DNA of 56,939 nucleotides, taken from Alphaproteobacteria bacterium. Its GTDB lineage: Bacteria; Pseudomonadota; Alphaproteobacteria; RF32; CAG-239. This document shows, one piece after another, positions 49,564 through 56,939 of the stretch. The DNA lies in contig JAFTII010000006.1 in assembly GCA_017457005.1 (NCBI GenBank), positions 1-56,939 of the forward strand, written 5' to 3'. The position numbers were made by a program, and so were the translations under genes. The notes under the pieces were generated by a model. It was not told the DNA's origin. It saw only the letters and a list, made by a program, of their open reading frames with translations, and made no database searches. The stretch's first letter is position 1. Each line of letters starts with the position of its first letter.

Positions 49564-50046
49564 GTGAACCGCGAAGAAAAATCACAATTACTCAGTGAGC
49601 TTAACGAGCTGTTCTCAAATTCTGAAATCGTTGTAGTATCTCACTACAAAGGTCTGACAGTTGAGGAAGTTTCTGAATTAAGAAACAATATTCGTAAAGC
49701 CGGAGCTGGGTTCAGAGTTACTAAAAACCGGATTACTCGTCTTGCTCTTAAAGGTACCAAGTTTGAAGAGTTGGCTGATTTGTTTGTTGGGCCGACAGCA
49801 ATTGCTTTTGCCAATGATCCGATCTCAGCTTGTAAAGCTTGTGTAGAATTTGCTAAAACTAATGAAAAATTAGTTGTATTAGGCGGTGCAATGGGAACAG
49901 GTGTTCTCTCTATCGCTGACATCAATAAATTGGCAACCATTCCGTCTTTGGACGAATTGCGTGCCAAAATCATTGGTTTGTTGCAAGCTCCTGGTGCTCA
50001 ACTTGCTCGTGTTACCAAGGCTTACAGCGAAAAAGAAGCAGAGTAA
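49564..50046 (+). CDS. rplJ: 50S ribosomal protein L10
   Basis: GTG start 8 nt after GGAG. Conserved L10 sequence (..VVV..Y.GLTV.....LR...R..G....V.KN). Confidence 0.95.
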   Translation: MNREEKSQLLSELNELFSNSEIVVVSHYKGLTVEEVSELRNNIRKAGAGFRVTKNRITRLALKGTKFEELADLFVGPTAIAFANDPISACKACVEFAKTNEKLVVLGGAMGTGVLSIADINKLATIPSLDELRAKIIGLLQAPGAQLARVTKAYSEKEAE

Positions 50047-50086
50047 TTTTTAGTTTTTGTTTTAATTTATTTATTGGAGAAAAAAT

Positions 50087-50461
50087 ATGGCCGATTTAGC
50101 CAAATTAGTTGATGAATTGTCAGCTTTAACAGTTATGGAAGCTGCTGACTTATCTAAAATGTTAGAAGAAAAATGGGGCGTTTCTGCCGCTGCTGCTGTT
50201 GCTGTAGCTGCTGGTGGAGCTGCCGCTGGTGCCGCTGCTGCTGAAGAAAAAGATGAATTTGATGTTATTCTTGCTGAAGCAGGCGCAAACAAAATTAACG
50301 TAATTAAAGAAGTTCGTGCTATTACCGGTTTGGGTCTCAAAGAAGCTAAAGACCTCGTTGATGGTGCTCCAAAAACCATTAAAGAAGGCGTAGCTAAGGC
50401 TGAAGCTGAAGAAATGAAGAAGAAACTTGAAGAAGCTGGTGCTAAAGTTGAACTCAAGTAA
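50087..50461 (+). CDS. rplL: 50S ribosomal protein L7/L12
   Basis: An Ala-rich hinge is followed by the C-terminal domain [28 protein letters not shown]. Confidence 0.97.
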   Translation: MADLAKLVDELSALTVMEAADLSKMLEEKWGVSAAAAVAVAAGGAAAGAAAAEEKDEFDVILAEAGANKINVIKEVRAITGLGLKEAKDLVDGAPKTIKEGVAKAEAEEMKKKLEEAGAKVELK

Positions 50462-50501
50462 TTTGAAATAATCTGTAATCTAACGATTTTTTCAAAAAAA
50501 G

Positions 50502-50550
50502 AAAGAGCTGAAAATTAAGGTGGAATTCCACTAAGGTTTTCAGCTCTTTT
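50502..50550 (+). terminator. Terminator after rplL
   Basis: The outer stem is aaagagctgaaaa / ttttcagctcttt, with an inner palindrome gtggaattccac, followed by a T-run. Confidence 0.75.
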
Positions 50551-50666
50551 TATTATGTAATAAAATGGTGCAAAAAAATATCGTAAAAAATTATCGATTA
50601 CCGATAATCGATAATTTGGGGTTAATAAAGATATGACAAAAAAATGATTTTTTTTGCGAAAAAGAG

Positions 50667-50695
50667 TTGCAAATTTTGTATAGATATGGTAATAT
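50667..50695 (+). promoter_or_regulatory. Candidate promoter for the HAD-hydrolase gene
   Basis: TTGCAA, a 17-nt spacer, then TAATAT. Confidence 0.45.
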
Positions 50696-50739
50696 TTTTT
50701 CAAAAATAATTATTATGTTGTTATTAAAATTTTAATATT

Positions 50740-51411
50740 ATGAAAAAAAATTTCGTTATTCTTGTCGACTGGGATGGGAATATGGCAGATTCAAACAGAA
50801 CCAAGGATGTAAAGCTCAATCCATTTTGCGAGCAAGAGTTTGGAAAAATTCCGGCGTGGGCAAAATTACCAACCGTCATTCATCGAGAACTGCACGGACG
50901 CCCAATGGGAGAAATATTTCAGAAGATATCTCTTGAGGTATATAAAAAAGAGATATCATATAAAAAAGGTGTTATTATAACTGAAAGATTAAATAAATTT
51001 ATTAAATCTTTCTATATAACAAGACCACTTTTTCCCGGAGCTTGTGAATTTTATAAGCGCCTTAAAGACATGGGGTATCCTATATATATTCTCACAGGAA
51101 TGGAACCCTATATGATAGAGGCTGCTTTGGAATATCATCATATAACTGATATCTTTGATGGCATCTATGGAGCGCCGGCAACAAAAGAACAGAATATTGT
51201 TGAAATTCTTAAAAAGCATCCAGGAGCAAGAATTGTAGCATCAGGTGATGCGATGTCAGAGTACCGCGCCACAATGGCTTACCCTGATACAATTTTCCTC
51301 GCGTTTGATCTGGAAAATAGAACGAAGCGTGTTTTTCCTGATGATGTAAAGGTTTATACCTCATACAACGAAGAGGTTTGGAACGATCTTATGGAGAAAA
51401 TGTCTATCTGA
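50740..51411 (+). CDS. HAD-family hydrolase
   Basis: The N-terminal DxD motif is VDWDGNM. The overall pattern is HAD-like, with GDA near the C-terminus. Confidence 0.6.
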   Translation: MKKNFVILVDWDGNMADSNRTKDVKLNPFCEQEFGKIPAWAKLPTVIHRELHGRPMGEIFQKISLEVYKKEISYKKGVIITERLNKFIKSFYITRPLFPGACEFYKRLKDMGYPIYILTGMEPYMIEAALEYHHITDIFDGIYGAPATKEQNIVEILKKHPGARIVASGDAMSEYRATMAYPDTIFLAFDLENRTKRVFPDDVKVYTSYNEEVWNDLMEKMSI

Positions 51412-51419
51412 GAGTTATG

Positions 51420-51453
51420 AAAGAGTACCTTGTCGGGTACTCTTTTGTATTTT
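51420..51453 (+). terminator. Terminator after the HAD-hydrolase gene
   Basis: Stem aaagagtacc / ggtactcttt with loop ttgtcg and a T-rich tail. Confidence 0.65.
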
Positions 51454-51458
51454 AAAAG

Positions 51459-51487
51459 TTGACCGTTTTGTTCTTATGAATTAATCT
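51459..51487 (+). promoter_or_regulatory. Candidate promoter for the patatin-like gene
   Basis: TTGACC, a 17-nt spacer, then TAATCT. Confidence 0.4.
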
Positions 51488-51519
51488 TTACAAGATTTAT
51501 AAAGTAATAAGAGAGTAAA

Positions 51520-52365
51520 ATGGCAAAGACAGGTCTGGTATTAGAAGGTGGAGCTAAACGCGGTATTTATACTGCCGGTGTGTTAGATGTTTTTATGGAA
51601 AATGGTATAAAATTTGATGCCGTTGTCGGGGTTTCTGCCGGTGCTATCCACGGTTGTTCATATGTTTCCGAACAAGTAGGACGAGGGATCCGCTATAATC
51701 TGAAATATAATGATAATTATAAATTTATGAGTTTACGTTCGTGGTTGTTAACCGGTAACGTTGTTGATACTCAATTTGCATACCATGATCTTCCTGAAAG
51801 ACTTGATATTTATGATAACCAAACATTTATGAACTCTGATACTAAATTTTATGTAACCGTATCTAATCTTGAAACCGGAAAGGCAGAGTATATTCATTGT
51901 AAAGATATGTTTGCTGATATTGACTATTTACGCGCTTCCGCCTCAATGCCATTTGCTTCGCATATTGTAAAACTTGACGGTAAAAAATATCTTGATGGCG
52001 GAATTGCTGATAGTATTCCCCTTCAGGCCATAAGAAATTTAGGATATACTAAAAATATTGTTATTGCTACTCGTCCACAGGGATATCGCAAAAAAGCATT
52101 TAAACACAAATGGCTGGCAAAATTAGTTTATGGTAAGTATCCAAATTTTATTAATGCGATGATAAATCGTCATGTTATGTACAATCAAGAGCTGGAAGAT
52201 ATTGAAGCCGAAAGCGCAAAAGGAAATATAATCCTGATTCGCCCTAGCCGATATATAAACATTTCCAAAATGGAAACCAACCCTGATGTCATAAAGCAAA
52301 TGTATGAACTCGGACGTCAAGATGCTCTAAAAGTTATAGATAACGTAAAAGAATTTTTGCGCTAA
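51520..52365 (+). CDS. Patatin-like phospholipase
   Basis: The oxyanion motif is GGAKRG, the nucleophile elbow is GVSAGA (GxSxG), and the catalytic DGG is in YLDGGIAD. Confidence 0.9.
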   Translation: MAKTGLVLEGGAKRGIYTAGVLDVFMENGIKFDAVVGVSAGAIHGCSYVSEQVGRGIRYNLKYNDNYKFMSLRSWLLTGNVVDTQFAYHDLPERLDIYDNQTFMNSDTKFYVTVSNLETGKAEYIHCKDMFADIDYLRASASMPFASHIVKLDGKKYLDGGIADSIPLQAIRNLGYTKNIVIATRPQGYRKKAFKHKWLAKLVYGKYPNFINAMINRHVMYNQELEDIEAESAKGNIILIRPSRYINISKMETNPDVIKQMYELGRQDALKVIDNVKEFLR

Positions 52366-52366
52366 T

Positions 52367-52849
52367 TTATCTGATTGCACCTACATGTAGCTTTATTAAT
52401 ACTTCAATAGCATTAATATCCTTTTCGGACATCGCATACAGAGGTATTGAAAATGCCCCGAATTCACTTTTAGAAGTTAGCCTTTGCATAAAGTTATATT
52501 TGTATTTTGGCATAGGTTTAGTATAGATTTTTAGAATTTCTTTAGCAAATAAGCCATCCAATGTGATTTTTTTTACTGCAACAACATTGTTCCATTTGAT
52601 TGGTAAAGCTCTGTCAATCTTAATCCCTAAGGGAGTGATTATTGCCAATTTTTGTGGAACTAAAAATACAAACAAAGCGCAAATTACTGAAATTACACAG
52701 CTTCCTATAGCAAAGCAATACACAAATTTATAATTAGGGAATATTGTCAGTGTAAAAAATACCGCCAGCAAAAATAAAAACAAATTGAATAACAGATATA
52801 TACCTAATTTAGTTCTATTATAATAGAAGGTCTGAATTGGTCTGGCCAT
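52367..52849 (-). CDS. Hypothetical membrane protein (two TM helices plus a small soluble domain)
   Basis: Start at ATG 52849, 5 nt after GGAGG. The ORF-track start lies inside the Shine-Dalgarno sequence. No family recognised. Confidence 0.5.
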   Translation of the reverse strand: MARPIQTFYYNRTKLGIYLLFNLFLFLLAVFFTLTIFPNYKFVYCFAIGSCVISVICALFVFLVPQKLAIITPLGIKIDRALPIKWNNVVAVKKITLDGLFAKEILKIYTKPMPKYKYNFMQRLTSKSEFGAFSIPLYAMSEKDINAIEVLIKLHVGAIR

Positions 52850-52989
52850 GATTACCTCCATTTTATGTAAAATTAAAAATAACCTGTTTATACCAACAAG
52901 TAATTATACCTTTTTTAAAGGACAAGAGCAATTAGAAAACAATATTTATTCTCACATCTGTTGATATAACAGTAAGTTGTAATTTCAGC

Positions 52990-54753
52990 TTATTTTAATT
53001 GAGTTTTATATAGAGCAGAATATATGCCATTGTCTTTATTGACCAGTTCATCATGAGATCCTGTTTCAACAATTTCACCATAGTTTATTACAACAATTTT
53101 GTCCGCATGTCTGACTGTTGAAAGCCGGTGCGCAATAATGAATACGGTTCGGTCTTGCATTAGGTTATTAACCGCCTCTTGCACAACCGCCTCAGATTTG
53201 TTGTCAAGAGCGGAAGTCGCTTCATCTAAAATTACAATCGGTGCGTTTTTCAAAAAGGCACGTGCAATTGCAATACGTTGTTTTTGTCCGCCTGAAAGCA
53301 AAACACCTCGCTCACCGATAGGTGTATCTAGCCCTTTTTCAAGTGTTTTTACAAATTCCTCCAAACAAGCTCCTTTGATTGCTTTTTCCAAATCTTTAGG
53401 AGAAGCTTTTTCGTTTCCGATCATAATGTTGTCGCGAATGGTGCCGGCAAACAAAAAATTATCTTGAAAAACGATAGCAATCTTATCGCGCAAAGAGTTT
53501 AATTCATAATCTCTGATATCTGTACCATCAATAGTAACGGCGCCGGACTTTACATCATAAAAACGCGGAAGCAGATTCACGAATGTTGTTTTTCCGCCTC
53601 CGGAATTTCCGACTAATGCAATTGTTTTCCCGACCGGAATTGTGAGGTTTATGTTTTTTAATACCGGTTTATTTTTTACATACTCAAAACAAACATTTTT
53701 AAATTCTATTTCTTTTTTTATTTCTTTTAGGGGTTTTGTTTTTGGTCTGTTGACAATTGCCGGAACTCTGTTCATCAAATTAAATACGGCTTCCATTGCC
53801 AATAAAGACATTTGCACCGCATTAAAATTATTACCGATACTTTTTATCGGATTATAAAGCATAATTAAAGCAGTAATAAATGATACAAAATTACCGGCAG
53901 TTATTTGATGAGTCACAATCAAGTAGCTTCCCAGCCAAATTACCGCAGCAATACCTAAAGATACCACAAAATGCATAATAGGAGAGAGCATTCCTGTACG
54001 CTGGATCATTTTTATTCCTAATTTAAAAAGTGAGCGTAAGGTTTCCTTAAATTTGGCAAGTTGATGTTCATATAAATTGTATGATGATATGATACGATTA
54101 CCGTTGTAGGTTTCATTAAAATGTGTCATTACCGCAGCACTGGAAAATATATTTTTATCAAAAAGTTGTTTCAGTCTGCGCCTTAAGGTCGTAAGAGGAT
54201 ACAACGCTCCCAACAACACAATAACTGCTACGATAGCTAATTGCCAAGAATTATAAAACAACACACCGATTAACGATAATGAGGAAAAAACTCTGGTCGT
54301 AAATAACTTCAAATTTGCAAGTAATCCGTTACATGCCACATCAACATTATTATTAAAACGGAATTGAATGTCACCGGAATTGGATCTGTCAAAGAAACTT
54401 GCATCATAATGCATTAATTTATAGTACAAATCTATTTTAACATCATTGGCTATTTTTCTGCCAACCCAAGTGTTAAGATAGGTCGCCGTATAGTTTAATA
54501 AACTTTGCAATACACTGAATATAATTATCAAAATAGGAATATATGCGGTTGAAGATGAACTTTTTTCAACCATCACAATATCCATATAAGGCTTTAAAGA
54601 CCAAGCAATAACCGCATCCATGGAGCCAATCGGTATTGTAATCAACACGGCTATCAGTGCGCGAAAAGTGTACGGCTTTACGTATGGATAAATTTTAAGA
54701 TAATTACTTACAATATATGTAGATTTAATTTTTTCTATCAGTCTTTTGAACAT
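52990..54753 (-). CDS. ABC exporter, fused permease/ATPase, MsbA-like (paralogue of 21373..23148)
   Basis: It has the same architecture, with Walker A GNSGGGKTT and signature LSGGQKQR. Blocks are shared with the first copy (for example YNSWQL, QRT..M.P..H, IAHRLSTV). Confidence 0.9.
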   Translation of the reverse strand: MFKRLIEKIKSTYIVSNYLKIYPYVKPYTFRALIAVLITIPIGSMDAVIAWSLKPYMDIVMVEKSSSSTAYIPILIIIFSVLQSLLNYTATYLNTWVGRKIANDVKIDLYYKLMHYDASFFDRSNSGDIQFRFNNNVDVACNGLLANLKLFTTRVFSSLSLIGVLFYNSWQLAIVAVIVLLGALYPLTTLRRRLKQLFDKNIFSSAAVMTHFNETYNGNRIISSYNLYEHQLAKFKETLRSLFKLGIKMIQRTGMLSPIMHFVVSLGIAAVIWLGSYLIVTHQITAGNFVSFITALIMLYNPIKSIGNNFNAVQMSLLAMEAVFNLMNRVPAIVNRPKTKPLKEIKKEIEFKNVCFEYVKNKPVLKNINLTIPVGKTIALVGNSGGGKTTFVNLLPRFYDVKSGAVTIDGTDIRDYELNSLRDKIAIVFQDNFLFAGTIRDNIMIGNEKASPKDLEKAIKGACLEEFVKTLEKGLDTPIGERGVLLSGGQKQRIAIARAFLKNAPIVILDEATSALDNKSEAVVQEAVNNLMQDRTVFIIAHRLSTVRHADKIVVINYGEIVETGSHDELVNKDNGIYSALYKTQLK

Positions 54754-55239
54754 TTAAGCATATATCCATAAATTAATAACATATAATATCACGGCGGCAT
54801 ATATTCCGGCAAAAACATCATCTAGCATTACGCCCCAAGCATTTCTGACTTTTTTATCAGCCCATTTAGCCGGTTGAGGCTTTGTAATATCAAAAAGTCT
54901 GAATAGCATGAACCCCAACAAATACAAGATTGTTGCGTGAGCGTTATATTGGAGTTCATCTGCAAGAGGTAAAAAAGTTAATAATTGCCCGACAACTTCA
55001 TCAATTACCACAAAAGACGGATCATGTTTACTGGTTTTGAGGACAATGCTTATGGCCCATGTACCTATAATAAAACAGACAACGCACCCTATTGCGATTC
55101 CGTATATCCCGAAATAATAAGCCAAAACAAAAGCCAACGGAATGGTGGCTAAAGAACCGATTGTCCCCGGTGCAAGCGGAGCAAGTCCGCTTCCGAAAAA
55201 TGTTGCGATTCCAAAAGCTATTTTATTTTTCACAGTCAT
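54754..55239 (-). CDS. pgpA: Phosphatidylglycerophosphatase A
   Basis: The motifs are GSGLAPLAPGTIGS, VVIDEVVGQ and FRLFDITKP. Confidence 0.9.
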   Translation of the reverse strand: MTVKNKIAFGIATFFGSGLAPLAPGTIGSLATIPLAFVLAYYFGIYGIAIGCVVCFIIGTWAISIVLKTSKHDPSFVVIDEVVGQLLTFLPLADELQYNAHATILYLLGFMLFRLFDITKPQPAKWADKKVRNAWGVMLDDVFAGIYAAVILYVINLWIYA

Positions 55240-55319
55240 AATTAAAATTCCTGATTAGTAACTGACATTAGTATATACTTCCAAAATATATAATGCTAAA
55301 AAAGATTGCTTTATCAACA

Positions 55320-56372
55320 TTACTTTTTATTTTTCAGAGTTTGTTCAATACCATAATTCAGATTTCTTTTTTGAACATCAATATTATAATTTTCAGAGAA
55401 AGTTTCGTATGCTTTGTCTGACAATTCTTTGCATAGCTTAGGATTTTTAATCATATAAGAGAGCTTTTCCGCCAGTTGATCTGCATTTTCTATATCAAAA
55501 ACCAATCCGCAATTTTTGTGAGCTATCACTTCCATCATCCCCGGGCAAGAACTGACAACGGCCGGTTTAGCGTATGCTAATCCTTCCAATAAAGTTAAAG
55601 GTTGCCCTTCTGAACGAGAAGGAAGGCATAATATGTCTATATCACTGAAAAATTTATTTTTATCTTTAATCCATCCTATAAATTTAATATTATTTTCAAG
55701 TCCGTTTAAAGATACAAATTGTTTATATTTTTCCATCAAAGATCCTTCTCCTGCAATAATTAAACAGAACGGGACATCTTGATTCTTAAGTTTGCAACAT
55801 GCTTCTAACAATACATCGCAACCTTTTACGGTTTCCAGTCGTCCCAAAAAACCGATGGTAACGGGCTTGTGAAGTTTGTATTGCATCTTATCGTTTGGGC
55901 ATGGAACAGAGTGAGGGCAATCAAATACTTTTTCGGCAGGAATGCCAAAATCATTTATCAGATTGTTTCTTAAGTATTGGGTGATTGCATACATTCCGTC
56001 TAATTTATAAAATAGTTTATTTCTGGCATTATGTGTTGTTGCCATGATTATCGGAAAAGGTCTTATAAATAATTTCAGTAGTCTGGAAGCGCCAAAATGT
56101 ATAGCTCTGTTACCTTGTAAGCATAAAATATCGGGTTTAAAAGTTTTGATAGCTTTTATGATTCGTAGCCAAGCATAAGGATTCCATATACATGCAGTTG
56201 TTGTAAATAACGGAATATTTTTATCTTTCTTGAATTCTGCTATATATGGCGAATTTTTATGGCACAAAACGGCAGAAGTATAGCCCATTTCAGAAAATGT
56301 ACGTGTATAATGAACAAAAGAATATTCCAGTCCGCCTTGTCCGGCTCCCAGCATAACATTTAAAATCTTCAT
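55320..56372 (-). CDS. Glycosyltransferase, GT4-type (Glycos_transf_1)
   Basis: The motif PSRSEGQPLTLLEGLAYAKPAVVS is of the E-x7-E type. Start at ATG 56372 (MKILNVM) after AAGGAA. The ORF-track TTG at 56396 is an over-extension. Confidence 0.85.
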   Translation of the reverse strand: MKILNVMLGAGQGGLEYSFVHYTRTFSEMGYTSAVLCHKNSPYIAEFKKDKNIPLFTTTACIWNPYAWLRIIKAIKTFKPDILCLQGNRAIHFGASRLLKLFIRPFPIIMATTHNARNKLFYKLDGMYAITQYLRNNLINDFGIPAEKVFDCPHSVPCPNDKMQYKLHKPVTIGFLGRLETVKGCDVLLEACCKLKNQDVPFCLIIAGEGSLMEKYKQFVSLNGLENNIKFIGWIKDKNKFFSDIDILCLPSRSEGQPLTLLEGLAYAKPAVVSSCPGMMEVIAHKNCGLVFDIENADQLAEKLSYMIKNPKLCKELSDKAYETFSENYNIDVQKRNLNYGIEQTLKNKK

Positions 56373-56548
56373 TTTTAGTTCCTTATCAATCTGCAAACAT
56401 AGAGAAAGATTAATCTATAGACATCATTTTGGCAAGAACAAAAGAGATATTTTGAATTTTATATTCATATAAATAATTAATTATGTTTCTAAAAATAAAA
56501 AAAGTGCTTGAGAAATATTTTTTTTGTGATAAAAGGAAATCCGACATA

Positions 56549-56625
56549 CGGAATGTAGTTCAGCCTGGTAGAACGCTTCGTTCGGGACGAAGAGGTCGCT
56601 GGTTCGAGTCCAGTCATTCCGACCA
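56549..56625 (+). tRNA. tRNA-Pro (anticodon CGG)
   Basis: Cloverleaf by eye. The acceptor stem is CGGAATG/CATTCCG. The anticodon stem cttcg/cgaag carries the loop ttCGGga. The T-arm is GGTTCGAGTCC and the 3' CCA is encoded. Confidence 0.9.
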
Positions 56626-56939
56626 CATTTGACAGCTAGGAGTTTTCAAGAGCAAATTAAACGGCTCAGATAAGGAAATCCTAGCTTTTTTGTTATCTAA
56701 GACACAGTTCGAAACTAAAAGCCTTAAAAACTGATTTTTAGCAAGAGGTTTCGAACTTGTGAATATTTCTTTGGCATTTCCGGCTAGTTCAATAAGGGCT
56801 TCTGCTATATCTGCTATTTCTGTATCCATTGTACTATATCTTATTATACTTTCCTTTATGCCGGCTTCCTCTTCCTTCATCATTCTTACCTTACGCTCAT
56901 ATATATCTTCTCCTATGCGCCCTCCTATATACAAATCCA
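56614..56939 (-). CDS. C-terminal part of a large serine recombinase-like protein (5' end lies off-window)
   Basis: The frame is open to the window edge. The coiled-coil segment plus the tail ...FLRLLVSNCVLDNKKARISLSEPFNLLLKT resembles the conserved C-terminal end of large serine recombinases. The last 12 nt overlap the tRNA-Pro 3' end. Confidence 0.55.
   Translation of the reverse strand, partial: DLYIGGRIGEDIYERKVRMMKEEEAGIKESIIRYSTMDTEIADIAEALIELAGNAKEIFTSSKPLAKNQFLRLLVSNCVLDNKKARISLSEPFNLLLKTPSCQMWSE

Noticed and set aside
50071-50457. A 128-aa minus-strand ORF covering all of rplL.
   Set aside because: It is the antisense reading of the Ala/Glu-rich L7/L12 gene (GCT/GCA-rich), and it gives a Ser/Ala-rich nonsense protein. 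rplL itself is unambiguous.
51520-52365. The patatin-like phospholipase as a possible CBASS-type (CapV-like) defence effector.
   Set aside because: No cyclic-oligonucleotide synthase (CD-NTase), E1/E2/JAB or other CBASS component is adjacent. The neighbours are a HAD hydrolase and a small membrane protein, each with its own promoter and terminator.

Overview
This is a 56.9-kb chromosomal segment from a low-GC, AT-rich Gram-negative genome. It is densely packed with about 50 protein genes, one tRNA and many clean rho-independent terminators. The gene content points to an alphaproteobacterium: FlbT next to two short Caulobacter-type flagellins, the yfgM-bamB-der cluster, a RodZ-like protein, PhoB, a TIGR01459-like HAD hydrolase and PgpA. 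The AT-richness would fit an uncultured host-associated lineage, but that is inference only. Most of the window is housekeeping: der, tkt, rpe, tgt, dtd, ileS, alr, tatD, tcdA, prfA, rplJ and rplL. I see no CRISPR array, no IS or transposon, no reverse transcriptase, and no recognisable restriction, toxin-antitoxin or anti-phage module. The only mobile-element signal is at the right edge, where tRNA-Pro(CGG) is abutted and overlapped by the 3' end of a large-serine-recombinase-like gene that runs off the window. I did not find a convincing complete novel system. The best candidates for something undescribed are listed below.
- A translationally coupled tgt-LOG pair followed by a nucleoside-recognition membrane protein, which may be a 7-deazaguanine or queuosine salvage module.
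- An Ile-rich mini-ORF whose stop codon sits in a terminator hairpin, just upstream of a type-2 ileS.
- A translationally coupled pair of paralogous proteins with degenerate GGDEF-like and EAL-like domains.
- An orphan 1020-aa coiled-coil and glycine-zipper membrane protein with a convergent orphan partner.
- A flagellin module with FlbT but no FlaF, a palindromic element in the flagellin upstream region, and a sharply bounded 84-nt gene-conversion-like tract.
Several ORF-track starts are N-terminal over-extensions. I corrected them using Shine-Dalgarno placement and conserved N-termini.
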